Positions 41,345-51,044 of a stretch of 64,000 bases of DNA are shown here, in pieces. The position numbers and the translations under genes were made by a program. Origin of the DNA: an uncultured delta proteobacterium (GTDB taxonomy: Bacteria > Myxococcota_A > Polyangia > Fen-1088); NCBI GenBank assembly GCA_963737265.1, contig CAVTRY010000007.1:160001-224000 (forward strand). Direction: 5' to 3'. The notes below the pieces were generated by a model that saw nothing but the letters and a program-made list of their open reading frames with translations, searched no databases and was not told where the DNA came from. The number at the start of each line of letters is the position of its first letter. The stretch's first letter is position 1.

Positions 41345-42124
41345 ATGGTGGATCTGATTTCCTCCTTGATCCTATCGGTCTATGTCGCCCTGATCGCGAC
41401 GTCCTACGGCGTGTTCGCCCTGCTGCCGGCGGGTGCGCGCAACCGGCGCCTCGACGGACATGGCGGTGTCATGCTCAGCCGCGGAGTCATGGAGGTCGCG
41501 TACAAGCTGTTCAATCCGCTCATCAGCCTGCTTTTCACCCTGCGCGTTACCCCCAACATGATCACGGCGTTTTCGCTCGCGCCGGCCATGCTCTCGGCGT
41601 ATTTCCTGGCCGAGGGGCACTTTGGTCTGGGGGCAATCCTCGCTACGGGTTCCGGGTTTTGCGACATGCTCAACGGCATGCTGGCTCGTCGCTATGGCAC
41701 GATGTCGGATGTTGGCGAGTTGTTCGACGCCGCGATGGATCGCTACGTAGAGTTCTTCCTGCTGGCTGGGCTGACTTTCTACTTCCGCCACCAGCCGGTC
41801 GTCGAGGTCGTGTGCCTGGCCGCCCTGCTCGGCTCGTTCATGGTCAGCTATTCGACGGCCAAAGCGGAAGCCCTGGACGTGCCGCCGCCCAAGGGGGCCA
41901 TGCGCCGCGCCGAGCGAGCGGTGTACCTCATCGTCGGCTGCTGGCTGGTTCCTCTCTGGGCGCGTGTGATGCCCGGACCGGGCACCTTCGTCGGGCTCGC
42001 CATCCGTCAAGAATTTCCGGTTGAGCTAGCCATGCTCGTGGTGGCCGTGGTAGCCAATGTATCGGCGGTGCGGCGCATGCTCCGCACCGCCCAGTTGATC
42101 CGGGCCAAGAAGCACGCCCCATGA
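41345..42124 (+). CDS. CDP-alcohol phosphatidyltransferase (PIP synthase-like)
   Basis: 'TPNMIT', 'DMLNGMLAR..GELFDAAMDR', 'SYSTAKAE', 'RAER'. Confidence 0.85.
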   Translation: MVDLISSLILSVYVALIATSYGVFALLPAGARNRRLDGHGGVMLSRGVMEVAYKLFNPLISLLFTLRVTPNMITAFSLAPAMLSAYFLAEGHFGLGAILATGSGFCDMLNGMLARRYGTMSDVGELFDAAMDRYVEFFLLAGLTFYFRHQPVVEVVCLAALLGSFMVSYSTAKAEALDVPPPKGAMRRAERAVYLIVGCWLVPLWARVMPGPGTFVGLAIRQEFPVELAMLVVAVVANVSAVRRMLRTAQLIRAKKHAP

Positions 42125-43485
42125 ATCCATCGCAGCCGAAGAACCAAAAGCCATCCATTACCACCTCCGTCCCCGGCCCCAAGAGCAAGGCCCTGCGCGC
42201 GCGCGAAGATGCGCACCTTGCCCCGGGCTTGCAGGGCTACGCGTTGATGGCGGGCATCGCGGTGGCCGAGGCCAAGGGCAGCGCTATCACCGACGTCGAC
42301 GGCAATACCTTTCTCGACTTCATCGGCGGCATCGCCGTCAATGCCCTCGGCCATTCCCACCCTGTCTACGTCAAGGCATTGCAAGATCAGGTCGGCCGCG
42401 CGTCCGTCGGCGCGCTCACCTCCGAAGCGCGCGTGCAGCTGGGCGAGCGCCTGGCCGCGCGTACGCCAAGCAAGGCCCTGCACCGCTTGCAGCTTTATTC
42501 GAGCGGCGCCGAAGCCGTGGAGAGCGCGCTTCGGCTAGCCAAGTGCCACACCCACAAACACGAGTTCGTCAGCTTCTGGGGCGGCTTTCACGGCAAGACC
42601 ATGGGCGTTCTGTCGCTCATGGGGTCGCGCTTCAAGGAAGGCCTTGGACCCATGGTGCCGGGGGCGCATCAAGTCCCGTACGCCGACTGCTACCGCTGCC
42701 CGCTCGGCACGACCTATCCGGGCTGTGGCATGGCCTGCGTGGAATTCGCGCGCAAGCAGCTCAAGGTGGCGTCCGCCGGCTCCATCGCCGCCATTATCGT
42801 CGAGCCCATGCAGGGAACCGCGGGCAACGTCATTCCGCCCAAAGAATTCCTGCCGGCCGTGCGCGATCTGGCCCATGAGCTCGGCGCTTTGCTGATTGCC
42901 GACGAAATGATCACCGGCATGGGTCGCACCGGCCGCAATTTCGGCGTCGACCACACCCAGGTCGTGCCCGACATCATGACCGTGGGCAAGGCCTTCGGCG
43001 GCGGCTTTCCCCTTTCGGGTATCGTGACCACCGACGAAATCTCGGCCGCCAAGCCGTGGAGCAATCCGTCGGGCTCGTCGTCGAGCTACGGCGGCAACCC
43101 CCTGGGCGCCGCCGCCGGCGCCGCCGCACTCAAGATCATCGACGACGAGAAGCTGGTGGAAAACGCCGCCCAGGTCGGCGCGACCATGCTGCTCGAGCTG
43201 GAGACCTTCGCCGAGCGCTATCCCTTCGTTGGATTCGTTCAGGGCGCCGGCCTGTTCCTGCGTATCGAGCTGGTCAAGGACAAGACCAGCAAAAAGCCGA
43301 TGCCGCGGCCGGTGACCGACCGGATCTTTCACGAATGCGTGCGGCGGGGCCTTTTGACCATGGCCTACAGCCCGAACTTTCGCATCCAGCCCGCGCTGAC
43401 TATCGATGAAGCAACGGCCAAGAACGGCCTCGCGGTGCTAGCGGAAGTCTTCGATTCGGCCGCGCGCGACGGTTGGTGGAAATAG
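42121..43485 (+). CDS. Class III PLP aminotransferase
   Basis: 'DVDGNTFLDF', 'SGAEAVE', 'FHGKT', 'LIADEMITGMGRTG', 'TVGK'. Confidence 0.92.
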   Translation: MNPSQPKNQKPSITTSVPGPKSKALRAREDAHLAPGLQGYALMAGIAVAEAKGSAITDVDGNTFLDFIGGIAVNALGHSHPVYVKALQDQVGRASVGALTSEARVQLGERLAARTPSKALHRLQLYSSGAEAVESALRLAKCHTHKHEFVSFWGGFHGKTMGVLSLMGSRFKEGLGPMVPGAHQVPYADCYRCPLGTTYPGCGMACVEFARKQLKVASAGSIAAIIVEPMQGTAGNVIPPKEFLPAVRDLAHELGALLIADEMITGMGRTGRNFGVDHTQVVPDIMTVGKAFGGGFPLSGIVTTDEISAAKPWSNPSGSSSSYGGNPLGAAAGAAALKIIDDEKLVENAAQVGATMLLELETFAERYPFVGFVQGAGLFLRIELVKDKTSKKPMPRPVTDRIFHECVRRGLLTMAYSPNFRIQPALTIDEATAKNGLAVLAEVFDSAARDGWWK

Positions 43486-43499
43486 CTTCGCGGCAACCG

Positions 43500-44243
43500 C
43501 TACTGGTTGCGCCAGGCTGCGTAGACTAGAAACAGCCGGCTGTCGGTGCTGCCGTTACCGATGGCATTGTTGAGCTTGAGCTCGGCGCCCAGATCGAAGG
43601 CGTGCTGGACCAGGTAGTTGAGGCCGACGCCGAGAGGCATGGTCCAGTCGTTGCCGAAGTTCTTGGTCGAGCCGTAAAGACCGGTCTCGCCGAAAAGCGC
43701 CATCGCCGGCGTGAGCTGGTAGGCGAATTCAAACGGGATGTAGATGGCATCGCCGTTTTCCGAGCGATTGTTCAGGCCCACGCCGACATAACCGGAGGTC
43801 GCAATCGAGAAGCGCGGCTGGATGAATTTGAAGGCGACGCCGGCATCGAGCCGCAACAGCGCCGGGCTGGAGAACGAGGCGACTTCGAGAGCGCCCAGGA
43901 GCGCCAGATGCATGCCCCGCTCCTTCATGACCGAGTAGAGCATCCCAATGGCGAGGTCGTTGTAATGCTTGCCGCAGCCCTTGAGACACAGACCGTTGCC
44001 TGGGTGGAAGAGCCGCAGCTCGATCTCGTCGGTGAGCCCCAACCGGATCTCGAAGGGAATGCTCACCGGACTGCCAACCGATCCCTCCGAGAGGTTGATG
44101 ACCACCGGCACGCGCAGCTGCAACATCTCCGTCGGCAACAGCAACGGCCGCAGCGCGTATTCGTCGGGATACGTAGTCTGTGCGCGAGCTGTGCCGGCAA
44201 AGGCGACGGTTCCGAGGAGAATGGCAAGGATGAGCTTCCGCAT
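43500..44243 (-). CDS. Exported hypothetical protein, probable outer-membrane protein
   Basis: Signal peptide ending ARA; beta-strand pattern. Confidence 0.55.
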   Translation of the reverse strand: MRKLILAILLGTVAFAGTARAQTTYPDEYALRPLLLPTEMLQLRVPVVINLSEGSVGSPVSIPFEIRLGLTDEIELRLFHPGNGLCLKGCGKHYNDLAIGMLYSVMKERGMHLALLGALEVASFSSPALLRLDAGVAFKFIQPRFSIATSGYVGVGLNNRSENGDAIYIPFEFAYQLTPAMALFGETGLYGSTKNFGNDWTMPLGVGLNYLVQHAFDLGAELKLNNAIGNGSTDSRLFLVYAAWRNQ

Positions 44244-44367
44244 GCGCGAGCATCCTACGCACAAAGAAGAACCGGGCCACCCAAAAAGGCGCCGGTCTTT
44301 TCGTTTCGTGGTTTCTTGCCGCTCGGCGTGCTATCCCAGGCGGACGTTTTGACTTGAGGCTTTTGTG

Positions 44368-45594
44368 ATGAAATTCGCCGTGTTTCTAATCGATGGGATG
44401 GCCGACGACCCGCTCGAAGAATTGGGCGGGAAGACGCCGCTTGAGGCCGCCCGAACCCCGGTGCTCGACCAGCTCGCGCAGAACGCGCAGTTCGGAACCT
44501 TCGTGACCCTGCCGGCGGCCTTTCCCACGTCGTCGGACGTGGCCAACATGTCGGTGCTGGGCTGGGATTTGGCCTCGTCGTACACCGGGCGCGGCGCCAT
44601 CGAAAGCTACGGGCTCGGCGTGCCCCTCGACGACCAAACCGTCGCCTTCCGCATGAATCTCATCACCACCAAGGGCGCGCTGCTGGAAGACTACTCGGCC
44701 GGCCACATCACCGAGGGCGAAGCCGCCGAGCTGGTGGATTTCCTGCAAGCCAAGCTCGGCAGCGCGGAAGTCGAGATCCGCAAGGGCGTTTCCTACCGCC
44801 ACATTCTTTACCTCAAGGGCAAGCGCTTCTCGCCAGCCGTCGACTACGACAAGCCCGATTCATCGCACGGCATGGAATGGGCCAAGATCCTGCCGCGCCC
44901 GCGCGTGCCCGCGGCGGAGGCCACGGCGGCGCTCTTGCGCGACTTGATGATGAAGTCGCGCGAGCTTCTGGCCGATCACCCGGTGAACCGCAAGCGAATG
45001 GAAGAGGGCGAGAACCCCGCCAACATGATCTGGCCTTGGTCGGGCGGCTGCAAACCTGACATGCCGTCGTTCGAGCGGCTCTATGGAAAAAAGGGCAGCA
45101 TCATCTCGGCGGTCGACGTGATTTTGGGTCTAGGTCTGCTCGGCAAGATGGAATCGCTGCGGCCCGAAGGCGCGACCGGGTTCCTCGACACCAACTACGA
45201 AAACAAGGCGCTCGCCGGGGTCGACATGCTCCGCCGCAACGACTTCGTCTACATCCACGTGGAAGCCGTCGACGAATGCGGGCACCTCGGCGACCTGCCG
45301 AACAAGATCAAGGCCATCGAGGACTGGGATGCGCGTCTGGCGAAAACCTTCTTCGACGAGTACAAGAAAGTCCACCGCGACGAGCTGCGCGTGATGGTGT
45401 TGCCCGATCATCCTGTGCCGGTAAAGCTGCGCAAGCACACGCGCGATCCCGTGCCGGTCATGGTGGCCGGCGCAGGGGTGAAGGGCGACTTGGCGCTCAA
45501 GAAATACAGCGAACCAAACTGCGCGCGCGGACGCTACCAGGGCCTGACCGGACGCCAGCTCATGGATCTGCTGTTCGCCCCAAGCGTGAGCTAA
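44368..45594 (+). CDS. Cofactor-independent phosphoglycerate mutase family (ApgM-like)
   Basis: 'DGMAD', 'KTPLEAARTP', 'SDVAN', 'HVEAVDECGH', 'PDH', 'HTRDPVP'. Confidence 0.88.
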   Translation: MKFAVFLIDGMADDPLEELGGKTPLEAARTPVLDQLAQNAQFGTFVTLPAAFPTSSDVANMSVLGWDLASSYTGRGAIESYGLGVPLDDQTVAFRMNLITTKGALLEDYSAGHITEGEAAELVDFLQAKLGSAEVEIRKGVSYRHILYLKGKRFSPAVDYDKPDSSHGMEWAKILPRPRVPAAEATAALLRDLMMKSRELLADHPVNRKRMEEGENPANMIWPWSGGCKPDMPSFERLYGKKGSIISAVDVILGLGLLGKMESLRPEGATGFLDTNYENKALAGVDMLRRNDFVYIHVEAVDECGHLGDLPNKIKAIEDWDARLAKTFFDEYKKVHRDELRVMVLPDHPVPVKLRKHTRDPVPVMVAGAGVKGDLALKKYSEPNCARGRYQGLTGRQLMDLLFAPSVS

Positions 45595-45610
45595 AGCGAG
45601 CCGCTGGGGT

Positions 45611-46753
45611 CTAGGCGGTTTCCTCGACTGTCGCGATAGCGGGTGCGTGCGCTCGCGCGCCGCGCGCCGGACGGTCGGCCACATTCTGTTCAAGGTCGAG
45701 CTGCCGGCTGCCCTCGCGCGCCGAACGATACGCTCGCTCGATGAGTTGAATGCACAGAAAAGCCTCGCTCGCGTCTTTGCCCACGAACTCGTTCTTGGTC
45801 ACGGCTGCTCTGAATTCGTCGAACAGGGAGCTGAACCAACCCACGTGGCTGGCGTCCATCCAGTCCGACGGTGCCACGCGCTGCTCGAAGCGCCACTTGC
45901 CGGGCGAACCCGGCGCGACGACGCCCGGCCCGGCTTCGAGAATGGCGACCTCGATGCTTTCGTCCTCGACGCGAATCGCGCCGCGCGCACCGTGCAGGGT
46001 GTAGATCACCTTGCGCACGCCCGCGGTCCACGACAAGTGGGCCGACACGATGCCGGACGGGAAGGTCAGCGTGCAGCCCATCGTGTCCTCGGTATCGAAA
46101 CCCGGCGAGATCGAGGTGTGGGCCGTGATGGCGCTTGGATAGGACTTCATCCATTCGAAGGCCAGATAGAAGGTATGGCTGCCGTGATCCATGGCGATGC
46201 CACCGCCAGCGTAAGAGCGCTCGCGCCGCCAATCAGGCCGCCATTCGGCGACGCCCTTGGCGTGGGTGTTGCGAAACGTTTGCATGGTCACCAGATGCAC
46301 CGGGCCGATGACGTCTTCGTCGAGCACACCGCGCACCGCTTTGACCACCGGCGCGTGCTTGTAGTTGTGGCAGGGAAAATAAACGCGCCGAGCCTCCTGA
46401 GCATGACGGAGCATGCCGGCCGCCTCCTCGACCGAAGTCGCCATCGGCTTTTCGCACAGAACGTGCAAACCGCAATCGAAGGCCGCATGCGCAACTTCCG
46501 CGTGATGCGCGGGGGGAGTCGCAATGTCGACGAAGTCGAGCGCCTCGGCCGCCAGCAGCGAGCGATGATCTGGGTAGATGCGGGCGTCTGGAAACTGCAC
46601 ATGGGCGGCCTGCCGCCGTGCTTCGCAGATATCGGCTAGCGCGACGATCTCGACCGCGCGGCCGTTGCCCATATGCTTTGCGTACGTCGGCGCGTGTCCT
46701 CGGCCAGCAATGAATCCGTAGCCAATGACCGCGCCGCGTAATGGACGACTCAT
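45611..46753 (-). CDS. Gfo/Idh/MocA oxidoreductase
   Basis: 'GAVIGYGFI', 'HVLCEKPM', 'GGGIAMDHGSH'. Confidence 0.9.
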   Translation of the reverse strand: MSRPLRGAVIGYGFIAGRGHAPTYAKHMGNGRAVEIVALADICEARRQAAHVQFPDARIYPDHRSLLAAEALDFVDIATPPAHHAEVAHAAFDCGLHVLCEKPMATSVEEAAGMLRHAQEARRVYFPCHNYKHAPVVKAVRGVLDEDVIGPVHLVTMQTFRNTHAKGVAEWRPDWRRERSYAGGGIAMDHGSHTFYLAFEWMKSYPSAITAHTSISPGFDTEDTMGCTLTFPSGIVSAHLSWTAGVRKVIYTLHGARGAIRVEDESIEVAILEAGPGVVAPGSPGKWRFEQRVAPSDWMDASHVGWFSSLFDEFRAAVTKNEFVGKDASEAFLCIQLIERAYRSAREGSRQLDLEQNVADRPARGARAHAPAIATVEETA

Positions 46754-46910
46754 GACCACGCATTGCTACCACGACTTACCTCGTCGTGCCTACCCTTCTG
46801 TGGTGCAAGATGCGAAGACATCGTGCAAACTGCTCAGGTGTTTAGCTCTTCTAGCGCATCGCTTCACAAATCGTGGCTGTGGCATCAACGACCTTCGCTC
46901 GCAACCCAAG

Positions 46911-47060
46911 GGCTCCAGGCTTCAGGCGTAATGCGTCAATGCGGAGCACGAGCGGTCGCGCGGTAGACACGCAGGGCCAGATCGTCTGCCCATGGCAAAG
47001 ACCTTGAGCTTTGCTGGATCTCGACTCACCCGCCTGAACTGGAGCGTGAAGCCTGGTGCC
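46911..47060. repeat. Intergenic inverted repeat pair
   Basis: GGCTCCAGGCTTCA (46911-46924) versus TGAAGCCTGGTGCC (47047-47060), 13/14 complementary. Confidence 0.5.
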
Positions 47061-47249
47061 TGAGGCCTCATGACACGACCGCAGAAGAGATCGTCGCGCC
47101 ACGCGAAGAATCTCGGAAGCAGCAGAATAGAGTGGCGGATCACCCGATCCTTCCTTCCCCCGTCCGTGATAAACCGGACGAGCCTGGGGCCGGGCTGGGT
47201 CTTACACTGGGGCCGCCTGGGAATTTTCCGCCACGCCAAAAGAACCGCC

Positions 47250-48434
47250 ATGCGCAGGGCCTCGCTCGGAACGCTATTTTTGACCGTCTTCCTCGACCTG
47301 GTGGGATTCGGACTCATCATCCCCTTCCTGCCGTCCATGGCGCGCGATCTGGGGGCGAGCGATTTCGTCGCCGCCGCCTTGGCCGCCTGCTATTCGCTGA
47401 TGCAGTTCGTGGCGGTGCCAATCTGGGGACGCATTTCGGATCGGGTAGGCCGCCGCCCGGTGCTGCTGTGGAGCATCGCCGCCTCGGCGATGGGCATGGT
47501 CTTCCTGGGACTGTCGCAGAGCCTGGCCACGATTTTTCTTGCCCGCCTGTGGAGCGGCGCCGCGACCGCCAACATCTCGGTCGCGCAGGCCTACATCGCG
47601 GACGTCACCACGCCGCGCGAGCGCGCCAAAGGAATGGGCATCATCGGCATGGGCTTTGGCCTCGGCTTCATGGTGGGTCCGTTCATCGGCGGCGAGCTCG
47701 GCCGCTTCCACGTCATCGGCCACCAAGGAACCCTGCCCGCCTTCGTGTCGGCCGGCTTTTCCATCGTCAATCTATTCTTCGCGCTCCGTTACCTGCCTGA
47801 ATCGCTACCGCCCGAGAATCGCACGCAGTCGCGGCGCAAGCTCGCCATCGTCGATTTCACGGCCCTGCGAAACCTGGGACGTCATCCCGGCGTGGGCCTG
47901 ATCCTTCTTATCGCCTTCAACTCGATCTTCTGGTTCGCGGGTGTGCAGTCGATTTTCCGCCTGTTCACCCTCGATGCCTTCACGATGAACGTCGAGCACA
48001 CCGGGCGCGTGCTGGGGTTGGTCGGGTTGGTTTCGGTGATCGTGCAAGGCGGACTTATCGGCAGGCTCAACCGGCGCTTCGGCGAAATACGACTGCTGGC
48101 GGCGGCGCTGGTGCTCATGGCGACGGGCTTCGTGCTGCAAGGACTTAGCGTCAGCCTGGGAGTGCCCATGTTCATCGTGGCCGCGGCCATCACCGCCGCG
48201 GGGACATCGCTGCACATGCCCAGCGTTTCGAGCTACGTTTCGCGCCGAGTGGGGCCGGAGATTCAGGGCGCAACCTTGGGCCTCATGCAAAGCTCTGGCG
48301 CCTTAGCGCGAGCGACCGGCCCGCTCGTCTGGGGTTTGCTCTACCTCGAGCTTGGCTTGCGCGCGCCGTTCTACATCGGAGCCGCGGCCATCGCGTTGCT
48401 TATCATTGCGATTCCGCGCCTGCCACCGCTCTGA
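47250..48434 (+). CDS. TetA/DHA1-type MFS transporter
   Basis: 'FLDLVGFGLIIP', 'GRISDRVGRRPVL', 'AQAYIADVT', 'GFMVGP'. Confidence 0.92.
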   Translation: MRRASLGTLFLTVFLDLVGFGLIIPFLPSMARDLGASDFVAAALAACYSLMQFVAVPIWGRISDRVGRRPVLLWSIAASAMGMVFLGLSQSLATIFLARLWSGAATANISVAQAYIADVTTPRERAKGMGIIGMGFGLGFMVGPFIGGELGRFHVIGHQGTLPAFVSAGFSIVNLFFALRYLPESLPPENRTQSRRKLAIVDFTALRNLGRHPGVGLILLIAFNSIFWFAGVQSIFRLFTLDAFTMNVEHTGRVLGLVGLVSVIVQGGLIGRLNRRFGEIRLLAAALVLMATGFVLQGLSVSLGVPMFIVAAAITAAGTSLHMPSVSSYVSRRVGPEIQGATLGLMQSSGALARATGPLVWGLLYLELGLRAPFYIGAAAIALLIIAIPRLPPL

Positions 48435-48577
48435 CGGTTCATTTTCGCGACTCCGGGGCGACCAACAAGGGTGGCCGTGGTCGGAAACGCCGCCGTGGCC
48501 GTGCCGGACAGTTGGGACGTTATCGCCGCACAAATTGCGTTGTGCACCAGACTTGGTTAGCTTGATTGCTAGAATTC

Positions 48578-49489
48578 ATGCCAGCCAGTCAACTCATCCC
48601 GGCTCTCGCGTGTTCGGCGCTGCTTGCGCTTGTGCCGCGCGCCCATGCGGGCGAACGCGGGAATGTCAACCCGCGAACCGGTCTTTTCGAGCCGCCCTTG
48701 TCCGATCTGCGTAAGGCGGCCGAACGTGAGGATCACACCGAGTTGGCGCGCACCGCAGGCCGGCTCGGCCCGGCACGCCTGGCCAAGGCGCTCGCGGATC
48801 CGGACGCACGAACGGCGCAAGCAGCGCTCGACGCCCTGCCACTCCTGCCAGCCGGTATACTCCTGCTTGGCGAAGCCTTTCCCCTTCTCGGCGCGGCCGA
48901 CGACACCACACGTGCGCACGCCGTGCGTTCGGTCGTCGCCTTGCTGGCGTCGAGCGATCCCGCTCGTCTCGAGGAATGGGAGATCGCCGACGAGACCACA
49001 CGTGCAACCTGCCGCGCTCTGGCCGCTGTGGCCGGGACCGAGGGACTTCCGATAACCACGCGCTTGCTTGCGGTCCAGTCGCTCGTCGGCCAGCACAGCG
49101 CCTGCGCGCCCAGCGCGAAACCAACCACGCTTCTGTCATCGCCCGAGCCCGAAATTCGGAGAGCAGCGGTGCTTCTCTTCGATGCGAAAGCCGGTAGTGC
49201 GCTACTGGCAGCGGCCAACGACAGCGATGGTCGGGTCGCCGCAGCAGCGGGCGCGCGTCTGTGTGGGTTCAGGTTGCCGACCGAGGGCAGCACCACTGCC
49301 ACCCATCCCTTGCGCCAGCTCGCGCTGGCCGAGGGCGCCGCAGCTGAGGACGTGGTCGAGATGTTACCCTGCCTGGCGGCGTCGACCGATCGCGCCGACG
49401 CTCAAGCCCTTCAGGATCTAAGAAATCTCGGTTCGCCCGTTGTCCGCGACGCAATCAAGCGGTTGAGAGAAACCGGCGTTACGCCGTAA
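48578..49489 (+). CDS. Exported HEAT-repeat-like protein
   Basis: Signal peptide ending AHA; 'L.DPD..', 'PEPEIRRAAV', 'D.DGRV..AA' repeats. Confidence 0.55.
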   Translation: MPASQLIPALACSALLALVPRAHAGERGNVNPRTGLFEPPLSDLRKAAEREDHTELARTAGRLGPARLAKALADPDARTAQAALDALPLLPAGILLLGEAFPLLGAADDTTRAHAVRSVVALLASSDPARLEEWEIADETTRATCRALAAVAGTEGLPITTRLLAVQSLVGQHSACAPSAKPTTLLSSPEPEIRRAAVLLFDAKAGSALLAAANDSDGRVAAAAGARLCGFRLPTEGSTTATHPLRQLALAEGAAAEDVVEMLPCLAASTDRADAQALQDLRNLGSPVVRDAIKRLRETGVTP

Positions 49490-49520
49490 AGGTGGTCGCT
49501 GTTTGCGAGCTAGCCTAGAC

Positions 49521-50153
49521 TCATTTCTCGTCGCGTGAACGATGCCGGTTCGCGTGTTCGTCGATTTTGCGCGAGGCGATCTGGAGCAAGGCCGCAACGC
49601 CGGATTGCACCACCTTCTCGAACTCCTTCGCGCCATCGGCGGACGTCCCGCCCGCCCGAAGAAACTCCTGCTTCCAAGCCGCTCGCTCCGCCCGCTTTTC
49701 CTGGCGTTCCCGTCGACGCCGTTCCCGCTTTCGCCTGCGCAGCAAACGGTCATGCGGGGCAATCACGTGGCGCAGGCGAAACGTGAGCAAGATCGCGCTG
49801 CAGAGAAGTGGCCACTTGAACCACGCGCCGTGAAAAAAGCGCGTGTCGACGAAATAGAGAATCCCGTTCATCACGGCGTGGCTGACCAACGTGGAACCGA
49901 AGCGTTTGAGCTGGAGGGCACGTTCTTCGCGAATCTCCATGGCCTCATCGTGCTGGGCTAGCTTTCGCGTGCGCACTTGCGCCAACTCCGCCGTGGCGCG
50001 CTCCAGCGACGCGCGATCGATGCCGGCCTCGTCGGCAATGGCCACGAGATCGTCGTGATCGAGGTCGTCCCTGCGTTCCGCCTGCGCGTCGAGCGCACGC
50101 CGGATAATCTCGTTGATCTCGTCTTGCGTGTACGTCGGTTTGTCGCTGGTCAT
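49521..50153 (-). CDS. 2TM-domain protein
   Basis: 'YTQDEINEIIRRAL..IADEAGID' N-domain, two TM helices with 'WFKWPL'. Confidence 0.6.
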   Translation of the reverse strand: MTSDKPTYTQDEINEIIRRALDAQAERRDDLDHDDLVAIADEAGIDRASLERATAELAQVRTRKLAQHDEAMEIREERALQLKRFGSTLVSHAVMNGILYFVDTRFFHGAWFKWPLLCSAILLTFRLRHVIAPHDRLLRRRKRERRRRERQEKRAERAAWKQEFLRAGGTSADGAKEFEKVVQSGVAALLQIASRKIDEHANRHRSRDEK

Positions 50154-50275
50154 CGGTCAATGTTTGGTGACTGGCTAGAGATGGGCGAGGCTCTCTCTCT
50201 TCTTCGCCTCGTACCCCGCTGCCAAGATCAAACCTTGGTCGAGCAGATTTTTCAGGGTTCTAAGGTATTCCAAGA

Positions 50276-51025
50276 TCAGCCTCGGGTCACGGCGTAGAAC
50301 AGGATTCCGTACCATTCACGAAGTGCGGTCTCTGTCCGCTGCAGCCCGGCGACGGCTGGCAGAAAATCAAGCAGGGTGAGCGAGCTGTCGGGATTGATCT
50401 GGAAGTCGACCGGAAAGGGTATGAAGTTGACACCCGCTCCTCGAAAAAGGCGGGCCGCACGTGGCATATGCCAGGCCGACGTCACGAGGGCAATCTTTCC
50501 CCAGCCGCGCGTGCGCATCAGATCGGCCACGGCCAACGCCTCGTCGACGGTGTTGCCGACCTCGCGCGTGACGATGATTCGCTCCGCCGGAATCCCGCGC
50601 GCCACGGCCTCGCGCCTGGAAAACGCACCTTCGACTTCGGCTTGTCGTGACCAAGGAAGGCGACCGCCGGTGAAGACAAGCCAGTCCGCCTTCTTGCGCT
50701 GCCACAGCCGAATGCCAGCCTCTAGCCGCTCGTTGGCCTCGCCCAGGTTGGGCAGGTACCCTTCTGGCGCGGGCGGTCCGAAGATTCCACCCAGTGGCAC
50801 GATGGCATCTGTCTTCTCCACTTGGTCGATAGCCAGCGCCGGATAGCGCGATTCGAGCCAGTGGGTAAGGCGGTTGCCAACCAAGGGCATGCTGCACAGG
50901 TAAAGGACGGCCAAGGCCGCGAGCGCCGGCCACCGCTTCTTGCGCAGCACTGCAACCAACAACAGCACCACCACCCAGCCGAGTGGCAGCACGAAAATGG
51001 GCAGGAGTTTGTTGAGAAAAAGCAC
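50276..51025 (-). CDS. YdcF/DUF218 family protein
   Basis: 'IVPLGG', 'FTGG', 'NTVDEA', 'LVTSAWHMPRA'. Confidence 0.88.
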   Translation of the reverse strand: MLFLNKLLPIFVLPLGWVVVLLLVAVLRKKRWPALAALAVLYLCSMPLVGNRLTHWLESRYPALAIDQVEKTDAIVPLGGIFGPPAPEGYLPNLGEANERLEAGIRLWQRKKADWLVFTGGRLPWSRQAEVEGAFSRREAVARGIPAERIIVTREVGNTVDEALAVADLMRTRGWGKIALVTSAWHMPRAARLFRGAGVNFIPFPVDFQINPDSSLTLLDFLPAVAGLQRTETALREWYGILFYAVTRG

Positions 51026-51044
51026 GGGCGGTTGAAAGACGCGG

